Below, in pieces: positions 1 through 12,200 of a stretch of 64,000 bases of DNA. The translations under genes were made by a program, and so were the position numbers. The DNA is from Scyliorhinus canicula (taxonomy: Eukaryota), in the NCBI RefSeq assembly GCF_902713615.1, contig NW_024055870.1, positions 434,001 to 498,000 on the forward strand, written 5' to 3'. The notes below the pieces were generated by a model. The model had not been told where the DNA came from, did no database searches, and saw nothing but the letters and a program-made list of their open reading frames with translations. The first letter of the stretch is position 1. Each line of letters begins with the position of its first letter.

Positions 1-360
1 TACTGTCTTCCCTGACATCACCTCTAGATTAAAAAAAAAACAAGAAAAATAAAATGAAAGGTAGAGCTTACCTGATATTCCCTCAAACCCTGCTCCCGCT
101 GAAAGGTAAGAAAATTTAAAGGCACTCACTCACCTTCACGACAGGCCCCTGCTCCCGCTTCCCAACAACCGTGGCTTTTTTCTTGGTTAGAGAAGGAGGT
201 AGGGTGGGAAACACTGACGAAGTTTTTCGGGTGTAACTGTCACTTGACAACAGCCCCTCCACAAACCACCTTCAAATTAGGCTGACCCCACTGCACGTAT
301 GCAAATTTCCCCAGAACAACTGATCAGTAGCTCTGCTCTGCTTCCCTCTGCTGGATGAAG
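1..360 (-). mobile_element. 5' end/UTR of a CR1-type LINE (one diverged copy of the 131-bp monomer)
   Basis: 250-357 is similar to the monomer repeated at 3645-4249 (CACTGCACGTATGCAAAT...GCTCTGCTCTGC), which forms the 5' end of the CR1 at 1864-4248. Confidence 0.5.
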
Positions 361-1863
361 ATCGGGCCCTAACCGGAAGTGAAGCCCCGACCTCGATTTG
401 GAGCCGACCCGGGCTTCGGAGCTCGGAGATGAACTTAATGCATTCTATGCTCGGTTTGAGCAGGTAACCAACAATCCACTATCGAGTGCCCCAGCAACCC
501 ATAATTCACCCATACCCACCACCACAGTTTCCGAAGTCAGATCGGCCTTCCTGAAAGTGATCCCACGGAAGGCGATGGGCCCGGACGGGATCCCTGGGCG
601 TGCACACAGAGCCTGCGCGGACCAGCTGGCAGAGGTTTTCACAGACATCTTTAACCTATCCCTACTCCACTCCGAGGTCCCCACCTGCTTCAAGAAGACC
701 ACCATCATACCGGTACCAAAGAAGAACCAGGCAATGTGCCTCAATGACTACCGCCCGGTGGCCCTGACGTCAGTTGTAATGAAGTTCTTCGAGAGGCTGA
801 TCATGAAGTGCATCACCTCCATACTCCCGGAACGCCTTGACCCACTTCAATTTGCATACCGTCGCAACCGGTCCACATCAGACGCCATTTCACTGGCCCT
901 ACACTCATCCCTAGAGCATCTCGAAAACAAGGACTCCTACATCAGACTCCTATTTATTGACGACAGCTCCGCCTTCAACACCATAATCCCAGCCAAGCTC
1001 ATATCAAAGCTCCAAATCCTAGGACTTGGCTCTCCACTCTGCAACTGGATCCTTGACTTTCTGACCAACAGACCACAGTCAGTAAGAATGAACACCAACA
1101 CCTCCTCCACAATAGTCCTCAATACCGGTGCCCTACAAGGCTGCGTACTTAGCCCCCTACTCTACTCCCTGTACACACACCACTGCATGGCAACACTTGG
1201 TTCCATCTCCATCTACAAGTTTGCTGACGATACGACCATAGTGGGCCGGATCTCGAATAACGACGAGTCCGAATACAGGAGGGAGATGGAGAACGTAGTG
1301 GAGTGGTGCAGCGACAACAATCTCTCCCTTAATGCCAGCAAAACTAAAGAGCTGGTCATCAACTTCCGGAAGCAAAGTACTGTACACACCCCTGTCAGCA
1401 TCAACGGAGCCGAGGTAGAGATGCTGAGCAGTTTCAAATTCCTAGGGGTGCACATCACCAACAATCTATCCTGGTTCACTCATGTCGACGCTATCACGAA
1501 GAAAGCACAACAGCACCTTTACTTCCTCAGGAAACTAAGGAAATTCGGCATGTCCACATTAACCCTTACCAACTTTTACAGATGCACTATGGAGAGTATC
1601 CTATCGGGCTGCATCACATCCTGGCATGGCAACTGCTCGGCCCAGGACCGCAAGGAACTTCAGAGAGTCGTGAATACCGCCCAGTCCATCACACGAACCT
1701 GCCTCCCATCCATTGATCCCATCTACACCTCCCGATGCCGGGGGAAAGCAGGCAACATAATCAAGGATCCCTCCCACCCGGCTTACTCACTTTTCCAACT
1801 TCTTCCATCGGGCAGGAGATTCAGAAGTCTGAGAACACGGACGAACAGACTCAAAAACAGCTT

Positions 1864-4248
1864 AGAACATAGAAAACTACACCGCAGTACGGGCCCTTCG
1901 GCCCTCGATGTTGCGCCGACCTGTGAAACCATCTGAAGCCTATCTGACCCACACTATTCCATTTTCATCCATATGTCTATCCAGTGACCACTTAAATGCC
2001 CTTAAAGTTGGCGAGTCTGCTACTATTGCAGGCAGGGTGTTCCACACCCCTACTACTCTCTGAGTAAAGAAACTGCCTCTGACATCTGTCCTATATCTCT
2101 CACCCCTCAATTTAAAGCTATGTTCCCTCGTGTTGGTCATCACCATCCGAGGAAAAAGACTCTCACTGTCCACCCTATCTAACCCTCTGACTATCTTATA
2201 TGTCTCTATTAAGTCACCTCTCAGCCTTCTCCTCTCTAACGAAAACAACCTCAATTCCCTGAGCCTTTCCTCGTAAGACCTTCCCTCCATACCAGGCAAC
2301 ATCCTAGTAAATCTCTTCTGAAGCCTTTCCAAAGCTTCCACATCCTTCCTATAATGTGGTGACCAGAACTGCACGCAGTACTCCAGGTGTGGCCGCACCA
2401 GAGTTATGTACAGCTGCAGCATGACCTTGTGGTTCCGAAACTCAATCCCCCTGCTTATAAAGGCTAGCACACCATATGCCTTCTTAACAGCCCTATTAAC
2501 CTGGGTGGCAACTTTCAGGGATTTATGTACCTGGATGCCGAGATCTCTCTGTTCATCTACACTACCAAGAATCTTGCCATTAGCCCAGTACTCTGCATTC
2601 CTGTTACTCCTTCCAAAGTGAACCACCTCACACTTTTCCGCATTAAACTCCATCTGCCACCTCTCAGCCCAGCTCTGCAGCTTATCTATGTCCCTCTGTA
2701 TCCTATAACATCCTTCAGCACTATCCACAACTCCACCGACCTTCGTGTCATCTGCAAATTTACTAACCCATCCAGGTCATTTCCAGGGGCAGCAGGGTAG
2801 CATGGTGGTTAGCATCAATGCTTCACAGCTCCAGGGTCCCAGGTTCGATTCCCGGCTGGGTCACTGTCTGTGTGGAGTCTGCACGTCCTCCCCCTGTGTG
2901 CGTGGGTTTCCTCCGGGTACTCCGGTTTCCTCCCACAGTCCAAAGATGTGCGGGTTAGGTGGATTGGCCATGCTAAATTGCCCGTAGTGTCCTAAAAAGT
3001 AAGGTTAAGGGGGGGGTTGTGGGTTACGGGTATAGGGTGGATACGTGGGTTTGAGTAGGGTGATCATGGCTCGGCACAACATCGAGGGCCGAAGGGCCTG
3101 TTCTGTGCTGTACTGTTCTATGTTCTATGTCCTATTTATAAAAATGACAAACAGCAGTGGCCCCAAAACAGATCCTTGCGGTACACCACTAGTAACTGAA
3201 CTCCAGGATGAACATTTGCCATCAACCACCACCCTCTGTCGTCTTTCAGCTAGCCAATTACTGATCCAAACCGCTAAATCACCTTCAATTCCATACTTCC
3301 TTATTTTCTGCAATAGCCTACCGTGGGGAACCTTATCAAACGCCTTACTGAAATCCATATACACCACATCAACAGCTTTACCCTGATCCACCTGTTTGGT
3401 CACCTTCTCAAAAAACTCAATAAGGTTTGTGAGACATGACCTACCCTTCACAAAACCGTGTTGAGTATCGCTAATCAACTTGTTCTTTTCAAGATGATTA
3501 TAAACCCTATCTCTTATAACCTTTTCCAACATTTTACCCACAACCGAAGTAAGGCTCACAGGTCTATAATTACCAGGGTTGTCTCTACTCCCCTTCTTGA
3601 ACAAGGGGAAGTAGCTGTCACTCGAGAACAGCCCCTTCACAAACCACCTTCAACTTACGCTGACCACACTGCACGTATGCAAATCTCCCCGGAACAGCCA
3701 ATCAGAAGCTCTGCTCTGCTGCCCTCTGCTGGATGCTCACCTTCCGTCGAACTCCTCGGGTCACTGATGCAGGTGCACCTTCAACTTACGCTGACCACAC
3801 TGCACGTATGCAAATCTCCCCGGAACAGCCAATCAGAAGCTCTGCTCTGCTGCCCTCTGCTGGATGCTCACCTTCCGTCGAACTCCTCGGGTCGCTGATG
3901 CAGGTGCACCTTCAACTTACGCTGACCACACTGCACGTATGCAAATCTCCCCGGAACAGCCAATCAGAAGCTCTGCTCTGCTGCCCTCTGCTGGATGCTC
4001 ACCTTCCGTCGAACTCCTCGGGTCACTGATGCAGGTGCACCTTCAACTTACGCTGACAACACTGCACGTATGCAAATCTCCGCGGAACAGCCAATCAGAA
4101 GCTCTGCTCTGCTGCCCTCTGCTGGATGCTCACCTTCCGTCGAACTCCTCGGGTCACTGATGCAGGTGCACCTTTAACTTACGCTGCCACACTGCACGTA
4201 TGCAAATCTCCCCGGAACAGCCAATCAGAAGCTCTGCTCTGCTGCCCT
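1864..4248 (-). mobile_element. Internally deleted CR1 LINE inserted into Rex1
   Basis: RT pieces 1940-2770 and 3130-3612 ([18 protein letters not shown]); TGTTCTA-type tail at ~1864-1872; flanked by CAGCTT on both sides (probable TSD). Confidence 0.85.
2786..3130 (+). mobile_element. HE1-like V-SINE (tRNA head, V domain, CR1-derived tail)
   Basis: A box TAGCATGGTGG, B box GGTTCGATTCCC, V domain GGTTTCCTCCGGGT.CTCCGGTTTCCTCCCACAGTCCAAAGA, tail (TGTTCTA)n shared with CR1. Confidence 0.9.
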
Positions 4249-4249
4249 C
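3645..4249 (-). repeat. 131-bp tandem monomers (~4.6 copies) forming the CR1 5' UTR
   Basis: CACCTTCAACTTACGCTG recurs at 3645, 3776, 3907 and 4038, with a variant at ~4169; each unit contains ATGCAAAT and CCAAT. Confidence 0.9.
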
Positions 4250-4349
4250 AGCTTCTTCCGCACTGTCACCAGACTCGTAAATGACCCTCTTATGGACTGA
4301 CCGCATTAACACTACACCAATGTCTGCTTCATCCGATGCCAATGCTTAT

Positions 4350-4531
4350 GAAATGAAATGAAAATCGCTTATTGTCACGAGTAGGCTTCAATGAAGTTAC
4401 TGTGTAAAGCCCCTAGTCGCCACATTCCGGCGCCTGTCCGGGGAGGCTGGTACGGGAATTGAACCGTGCTGCTGGCCTGCTTGGTCTGCTTTAAAAGCCA
4501 GCGATTTAGCCTTGTGAGCTAAACCAGCCCC
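4350..4531 (-). mobile_element. Short tRNA-derived SINE with (CATTT)n tail (second SINE family)
   Basis: Minus strand reads GGGGCTGGTTTAGCTCAC...GGTTCAATTCCC...GTGACAATAAGCGATTTTCATTTCATTTC; related copies at 8746, 17329 and 45885. Confidence 0.8.
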
Positions 4532-4719
4532 TAATGTAGTACATTGTATATATTGTGTTGCCCTATTATGTATTCTCATGTATTTTCTTGAATTCTGTTT
4601 AATTCAATTTTCTTCCCATGTACGGAATGATCTGTTGAGCTGCTTGCAGAAAAATACTTTTCACTGTACCTCGGTACACGTGACAATAAACAAATCCAAT
4701 CCAATCCAATCCATTGCTG

Positions 4720-5720
4720 GCGGTAAGTGTGCGTTCCTGGAGCACTGTCAGGGCAGGCGGTGGATGTGCGTGTGTGGAGCACTGTCAGGGCTGGTGGTGA
4801 GTGTGCGTGCGTGGAGCACTATCAGGGCTGGTGGTGATTATGCGTGCCTGGTGCACTGTCAGGGCTGGTGGTGAGTGTGCGTGCCTGGAGCATTGTCAGG
4901 GCTGGCGGTGGGTGTGTGTGCCTGCAGCACTGTCAGGGCTGGCGGTTGGTGTGCGTGCCTGGAGCACTGTCGGGGCTGGCGGTGGGTGACCGTGCGTGGA
5001 GCACTGTCAGGGCTGGTGGTGAGTGTGCCTGCCTGGAGCACTGTCAGGGCTGGCGGTGGATGTGCGTGCCTGGAGAACTTTCTGGGCTGGCGGTTGGTGT
5101 GCGTGCCTGGAGCACTGGCACGTCTGGCGGTGGGTGTCCGTGCCTGGAGTACTGTCAGGGCTGGCGGTGTGTGTGCGTGCCTGGAGAACTGTCTGGGCTG
5201 GCGGTTGGTGTGCGTGCCTGGAGAACTGTCTGGGCTTGCGGTTGGTGTGCGTGCCTGGAGCACTGGCAGGTCTGGCGGTTGGTGTGCGTGCCTGGAGCAC
5301 TGTCAGGGCTAGCTGTGGTGAGCGTGCTTGGAGCTCTGTCAGGGCTGGCGGTGGGTGTGCGTGCCTGGAGAACTGTCTGGGATGGCGGTTGGTGTGCGTG
5401 CCTGGAGCACGGTCAGGGCTGGCGGTGGTGAGCGTGCTTGGAGCACTGTGAGGTATGGCGGTGGGTGTGCGTGCCTGGAGCACTGTCAGGGCTAGCTGTG
5501 GTGAGCGTGCTTGGAGCACTGTCAGGGCTAGCTGTGGTGAGCGTGCCTGGAGCACTGGCAGGGCTGGCGGTGGGTGTGCGTGCCTGGAGCACTCTCAGGG
5601 CTGGCGGTGGGTGTGCGTGCCTGGAGCACTGTCTGGGCTGGCTGTGGGTGTGCGTGCCTGGAGCACTGGCAGGTCTGGCGGTGTGTGCGTGCCTGGAGCA
5701 CTGGCAGGGCTGGCAGGATG
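4720..5720. repeat. 37-bp GC-rich minisatellite
   Basis: Unit GTGTGCGTGCCTGGAGCACTGTCAGGGCTGGCGGTGG repeated ~26 times; it explains the repetitive ORFs here. Confidence 0.95.
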
Positions 5721-5799
5721 GCAGTGGGAGGTCTGCCAGCCGGATTACTTGGTGCTTTCTCTGGAGGGGGCCACAGGCACGACGCGTTCGGGGGATACC

Positions 5800-6500
5800 G
5801 TGAACCCCATCACAGTACCCTCCACCCGCACACCCAAATATCCCACCCTACACCCCCACACCCCAGTATCAGACCCTCCACCCCCACACCCCAGTTTTCA
5901 GCCTCCACACCGACTTCCCAGTATCACAGCCTCCACCCCAGACCCCAGTATCACATCCTCTACCCCCACACAGCCTGCACTCCCACAAACCAGTATCAGA
6001 CCCTCCACATCCCAGTATCAGACCCTCCACCCCCACTCCCCAGTTCTCAGCCTCCACACCCATATCCCAGTATCACAGCCTCCACTCCCGCAACCCAGAA
6101 TCGCACCCTCCACCCCAACACCCCAGTATCACACCCTCCACCTCCCCACACCAGTATCAGACCCCCACCACCACTCCACAGTATCACACCCTCCACCCCC
6201 ACACCGCAGTATCACTCTCTCCACCCCCACGTCCCAGTACCACACCCTCCACCACCAGTCCCAAGTATCACACACTCCACCCCAACACCCCAGTATCACA
6301 CCATCCACCCCACGCCCCAATTTCATACCCGCCACCCCCGCACGCCAGTATCACACCCTCTACCCCATTCACCATTTTCACAGCCTCCACTCCACACTCC
6401 AGTGTCACACCCTCCACCCCCACACCCGATTATCACTGCCTCCACGCCCACACCACAGTATCACAACCTCCATCCTACACCCCTGTATCACACCTTTGCC
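5800..6500. repeat. ~28-bp C-rich minisatellite
   Basis: Degenerate unit CCCCAGTATCACACCCTCCACCCCCACA. Confidence 0.9.
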
Positions 6501-7165
6501 AGTTACAGCAACTCACCGCTGGTACAAAGTCAACTGTACAAGGTTCAAAATGGTATAGTCGTGCTGTTTAGGAAAACTGAATCCATGTCTACAGGTAGAC
6601 AGCAGAACATCCATCCCAAAGACTCATCTCAGACAAACAGAATATTAACGGGGATATCACGGCCCGTATTCACTCCGAAATAAAAAAAAAGATGTAAATC
6701 AGTTCTGCTCTGGCCAGCCGATATCACATTACTCGAATGGGAAAATTATTAATTTTGTCCCCAGCATCCACTTGACACATTATCAGCGCTCTCCGGAGAC
6801 ATTCTGGAACCTTTTGTGGGGATTTTCATCCTGTCAGCAATGAGCTGGCAGAACTCACCTGTGGGAGGGGTCTGTCAGCTCCATTCAGGTTTCTGCCCTT
6901 AATGATACGGTACTCAGAGACTCTACCTCTCCTGCTTGGCGCCCTCTCCATTTGCTGTGAGGCTGCGTCCAGACCACGAGATCGAAGGAACACCAGGCTT
7001 ATGGGCCGGCAGCCACACGGACCTGCCAGTTTTGAGGACGAGCCAGAGACATCGGTGCCGGTTTAAACTATTCATCATGGGAACAGTGAGTCTCCTCCCT
7101 CAGCCCACAGAAACTCCCAATTCGGCTAGACTGTTGAGCTTGGGATGGACATGTGGATATATGTG

Positions 7166-8418
7166 AAGGGTAGGTCATGCCTCACAAACCTTATTGAGTT
7201 TTTTGAAAAGGTGACCAAACAGGTGGATCAGGGTAAAGCGGTTGATGTGGTGTATATGGATTTCAGTAAGGCGTTTGATAAGGTTCCCCACGGTAGGCTA
7301 TTGCAGAAAATAAGGAAGTATGATATTGAAGGTGATTTAGCGGTTTGGATCAGTAATTGGCTAGCTGAAAGAAGGCAGAGAGTGGTGGTTGATGACAAAT
7401 GTTCATCGTGGAGTTCAGTTACTAGTGGTGTACCGCAGGGATCTGTTTTGGGGCCACTGCTGTTTGTCATTTTTACAAATGACCTGGAAGAGGGTGTAGA
7501 AGGATGGGTTAGTAAATTTGCAGATGACACGAAGGTCGATGGAGATGTGGATAGTCCTGAAGGATGTTATAGGATACAGAGGGACATAGATAAGCTGCAG
7601 AGCTGGGCTGAGAGGTGGCAGATGGAGTTTAATGCGGAAAAGTGTGAGGTGGTTCACTTTGGAAGGAGTAACAGGAATGCAGAGTACTGGGCTAATGGCA
7701 AGATTCTTGGTAATGTAGATGAACAGAGATCTCGGCATCCAGGTACATAAATCCCTGACAGTTGCCAGCCAGGTTAATAGGGCTGTTAAGAAGGCATATT
7801 GTGTGCTAGCCTTTATCAGTAGGGGGATTGAGTTTCGGAGCCACAAGGTCATGCTGCAGCTGTACATAACTCTGGTGCGGGCGCACCTGGAGTACTGCGT
7901 GCAGTTCTGGTCACCACATTATAGGAAGGATGTGGAAGCTTTGGAAAGGGTTCAGAGGAGATTTACTAGGATGTTGCCTGGCATGGAGGGAAGGTCTTAC
8001 GAGGAAAGGCTCAGGGACTTGAGGTTGTTTTCGTTAGAGAGGAGAAGGCTGAGAGGTGACTTAATAGAGACATACAAGATAGTCAGAGGGTTAGATAGGG
8101 TGGACAGTGAGAGTCTTTTTCCTCGGATGGTGATGACCAACACGAGGGGACATAGCTTTAAATTGAGGGGAGATAGATGTAGGACAGATGTCAGGCATTT
8201 TCTTTACTCAGAGAGTAGTAGGGGTGTGGAACGCCCTGCCTGCAACAGTAGTAGATTCGCCAACTTTAAGGGCATTTAAGTGGTAACTGGATAGACATAT
8301 GGATGAAAATGGAATAGTGTAGGTCAGATAGGCTTCAGATGGTTTCACAGGTCGGGGCAACATCGAGGGCCGAAGGGCCCATTCTGCGCTGTAGTGTTCT
8401 ATGTTCTATGTTCTATAT
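7166..8418 (+). mobile_element. 5'-truncated CR1 LINE (RT C-terminal half, frameshifted)
   Basis: RT motifs GRSCLTNL, DFSKAFD, FADD; TGTTCTA tail; TSD ATATATGTG at 7157-7165 and 8419-8427. Confidence 0.92.
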
Positions 8419-8745
8419 ATATATGTGTATGATTGCAGGTGATTAAGTAAATTTGCGTAAAAATAAGCGTTTAAGATATACCGTTTAGTCTCTTGCTTTA
8501 TACATTGTATTTTTCCAACTGTTTTTGTGTGTTATAGTCTGGGTTGTGGAGAACCTAATTCTCCTAAGTAAATTATTTAATTTTAAATCTACCATTGTTG
8601 TAGTCTCGCCTTCCTTTCATTGTCCGCTCAGCCTGAGTCACAATAATTGCCAGAATATAATTCCGTAGTTGAGGACTCACATGGAATCCGAGTGCTTCGA
8701 ACATGCTCAGTCAAGAGAGGCTACTAATATAATAATAGAATGATA

Positions 8746-8913
8746 ACAAGCGCTTACTGTCACAAGTAGGCTTCAATGAAGTTACTGTGAAAAGCCCCGA
8801 GTCACTAAATTCCGGCGCCTGTTCGAGGAGGCTGGTCTGGGAATTGAAACCGCGCTGCTGCCTTGTTCTGCATTCCTGGTCAGCTGTTTAGCCCACTGTG
8901 CTAAACCATCCCC
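8746..8913 (-). mobile_element. Second-family tRNA SINE, older copy
   Basis: Similar to 4350-4531. Confidence 0.75.
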
Positions 8914-9217
8914 TGCTGATTAGGAAGAAACAGGGGTCTCTCTTTCTCTCTCTCTTATTATGTTACAGGACTGCGAAACTTCCGGGTGACATTTAAACAT
9001 CAACAGGAGAGAGACTCACACAGGTGTAGTTGGCAGTCAAGGTAATTGGTGTGGTACAAGGAGAAGCTCACTGGTTAGGTATAAACAGTCAGACTCGTTC
9101 CCTCTCTCTTGCGAAGCTGTCCCAGTGCGACACATCTGGGTTGTGGTTTCAACGACTGCAGGAGAGAGACACCCACAATTATCTGTGACCCCCAATACCA
9201 GCCTATTGTGGAGTAAA

Positions 9218-12200
9218 GATAGAGAAATACAGCACAGAACAGGCCCTTCGGCCCACGATGTTGCGCCGAACTTTTGTCCGAGGTTAATCATAGAATTTTG
9301 GACAATTTTGCATGGCCAATCCACCCAACCTGCACATCTTTGGACTGTGGGAGGAAACCGGATTACCCGGAGGAAACCCACGCAGTCACGGGGAGGATAT
9401 GCAGACTCCACACAGACAGTGACCCAAGTCGAAATCGAACTTGGGACCCTGGAGCTGTGAAGCAATTGTGCTATCCACAATGCTACCGTGCTGCCCTTAA
9501 GAAGTTAACCTACACTCCATTATTCTACCCTAATCCAAGTACCTATCCAATAGCCGCTTGAAGGTCCCTAACTTTTCCGACTCAACTACTACCACAGGCA
9601 GTGCATTCCATGCCCCCACTACTCTCTGGGTAAAGAACCTACCTCTGATATCCCCTCTATATCTTCCACCATTTATCTTAAATTTATGTCCCCTTGTAAT
9701 GGTGTGTTCCACCCGGGGAAAAAGTCTCTGACTGTCTACTCTATCTATTCCCCTGATCATCTTATACACCTCTATCAAGTCGCCCCTCATCCTTCTCCGT
9801 TCTAATGAGAAAAGGCCTAGCACCCTCAACCTTTCCTCGTATGACCTACTCTCCATTCCAGGCAACATCCTGGTAAATCTCCTTTGCGCCTTTTCCAAAG
9901 CTTCCACATCCTTCCTAAAATGAGGTGACCAGAACTGCACACAGTACTCCAAATGTGGCCTGACCAAGGTTTTGTACAGCTGCATCATCACCTCACGGCT
10001 CTTAAATTCAATCCCTCTGCTAATGAACGCTAGCACACCATAGGCCTTCTTCACAGCTCTATCCACTTGAGTTGCAACTTTCAAAGAACTATGAACATAG
10101 ACCCCAAGATCTCTCTGCCCCTCCACATTGCCAAGAACCCTACCATTAACCCTGTATTCTGCATTCAGATTTGTCCTTCCAAAATGGACAACCTCACACT
10201 TGTCAGGGCTAAACTCCATCTGCCACTTCTCAGCCCAGCTCTGCATTCTATCTATGTCTCTTTGAAGCTGACAACAGCCCTCCTCGCTATCCACAACTCC
10301 ACCAATCTTCGTATCATCTGCAAATTTACTGACCCACCCTTCAACAAGCTCATCCAAGTCGTTAATGAAAATCACAAACAGCAGAGGACCCAGAACTGAT
10401 CCTTGCGTACGCCACTGATAACTGGGCTCCAGGCTGAATATTTGCCATCCACCACCACTCTCTGTCTTCTATCTGTTAGCCAGTTTGTTATCCAACTGGC
10501 CAAATTTCCCACTATCCCATGCCTCCTTACTTTCTGCAGAAGCCTACCATGGGGAACCTTATCAAATGCCTTACTAAAATCCATGTACACTACATCCACT
10601 GCTTTACCTTCATCCACATGCTTGGTCACCTCCTCAAAGAATTCAATAAGATTTGTAAGGCAAGACCTACCCCTCACAAATCCGTGCTGACTATCCCTAA
10701 TCAAGCAATGCCTTTCCAGATGCTCAGAAATCCTATCCCTCAGTACGCTTTCCATTACTTTGCCTACCACCGAAGTAAGACTAACTGGCCTGTAATTCCC
10801 AGGGTTATCCCTATTCCCTTTTTTGAACAGGGGCACGACATTCGCCACTCTCCAATCCTCTGGTACCACCCCTTTTGACAGCAAGGACGAAAAGATCATT
10901 GCCAACGGCTCTGCAATTTCATTTCTTGCTTCCCGTAGAATCCTTTGATATATCCCGTCAGGCCCGGGGGACTTGTCTATCCCCAAGTTTTTCAAAACAC
11001 GCAACACATCTTCCTTCCTGACAAGTATCTCCTCAAGCTTATCAGTCTGCTTCACGCTGTCCTCTCCAACAAAATGGCCCCTCTCGTTTGTAAATACTGA
11101 AGAAAAATACTTGTTCAAGACCTCTCCTATCTCTTCAGACTCAATACACAATCTCCCGCTACTGTCCCTAATCGGACCTACCCTCGCTCGAGACATTCTC
11201 ATATTTCTCACATATGTGTAAAAGGCCTTGGGGTTTTCCTTAATCCTACCCGCCAAAGATTTTTCATGCCCTCTCTTAGCTCTCCTAATCCCTTTCTTCA
11301 GTTCCCTCCTGGCTATCTTGTATCCCTCCAGCGCCCTGTCTGAACCTTGTTTCTTCAGCCTTACATAAGTCTCCTTCTTCCTCTTAACAAGACATTCAAC
11401 CTCTCTTGTCAACCATGGTTCCCTCACTCGACCATCTCTTCCCTGCCTGACAGGGACATACATATCAAAGACACGCAGTACCTGTTCCTTGAACAAGTTC
11501 CACATTTCACTTGTGTCCTTCCCTGACAGCCTATGTTCCCAACTTCTGCACTTCAATTCTTCTCTGACAGCATTGTATTTACCCTTCCCCCAATTATAAA
11601 CCTTGCCCTGTTGCTCGCACCTATCCCTCTCCATTACTAAAGTGAAAGTCACAGAATTGTGGTCACTACCTCCAAAATGCTCCCCCACTAACAAATCTAT
11701 CACCTGCCCTGGTTCATTACCAAGTACTAAATCCAATATGGCCTCCCATCTGGTCGGACAATCTACATACTGTGTTAGAAAAGCTTCCTGGACACACTGC
11801 ACAAACGCTACCCCATCCAAACTATTTGATCTAAAGAGTTTCCACTCAATGTTTGGGAAGTTGAAGTCGCCCATGACTACTACCCTGTGACTTCTGCACC
11901 TTTCCAAAATCTGTTTCCCAATCTGTTCCTCCACATCTCTGCTGCTATTGGGGGGCCTGTAGAAAACTCCCAACAAGGTGACTGCTCCTTTCCTATTTCT
12001 AACTTCAACCCATATTACCTCAGTAGGCAGATCCCCCTCGAACTGCCTTTCTGCAGCTGTTATACTATCTCTAATTAACAATGCCACCCCCACCTCTTTT
12101 ACCATCCTCCCTAATCTTGTTGAAACATCTATAACCAGGGACCTCCAACAACCATTTCTGCCCCTCTTCTATCCAACTTTCCGTGATGGCCACCACATCG

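Larger units (their letters stand above)
420..4715 (+). mobile_element. 5'-truncated Rex1/Babar non-LTR retrotransposon (RT ORF ~428-1863, resuming at ~4249), interrupted by a CR1 and a SINE
   Basis: Motifs DELNAFYARFE, DYRPVALTSVVMK, LDPLQFAYR, QGCVLSP, FADD, NASKTKELV. Sequence resumes AGCTTCTTCC at 4250; 3' tail GTGACAATAAACAAAT(CCAAT)n at ~4680-4713. Confidence 0.85.

Noticed and set aside
2786-2860. tRNA gene calls for SINE heads
   Set aside because: They continue into the V domain and LINE tail, and lack an acceptor stem and terminator
3645-4249. CRISPR-like regular array (also considered for 53110-56025 and 57010-58182)
   Set aside because: Units are head-to-tail with no unique spacers; eukaryotic context with no cas genes
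4578-6683. Long ORFs (up to 369 aa) over 4.6-6.7 kb
   Set aside because: Translations of GC-rich minisatellites, open in many frames on both strands
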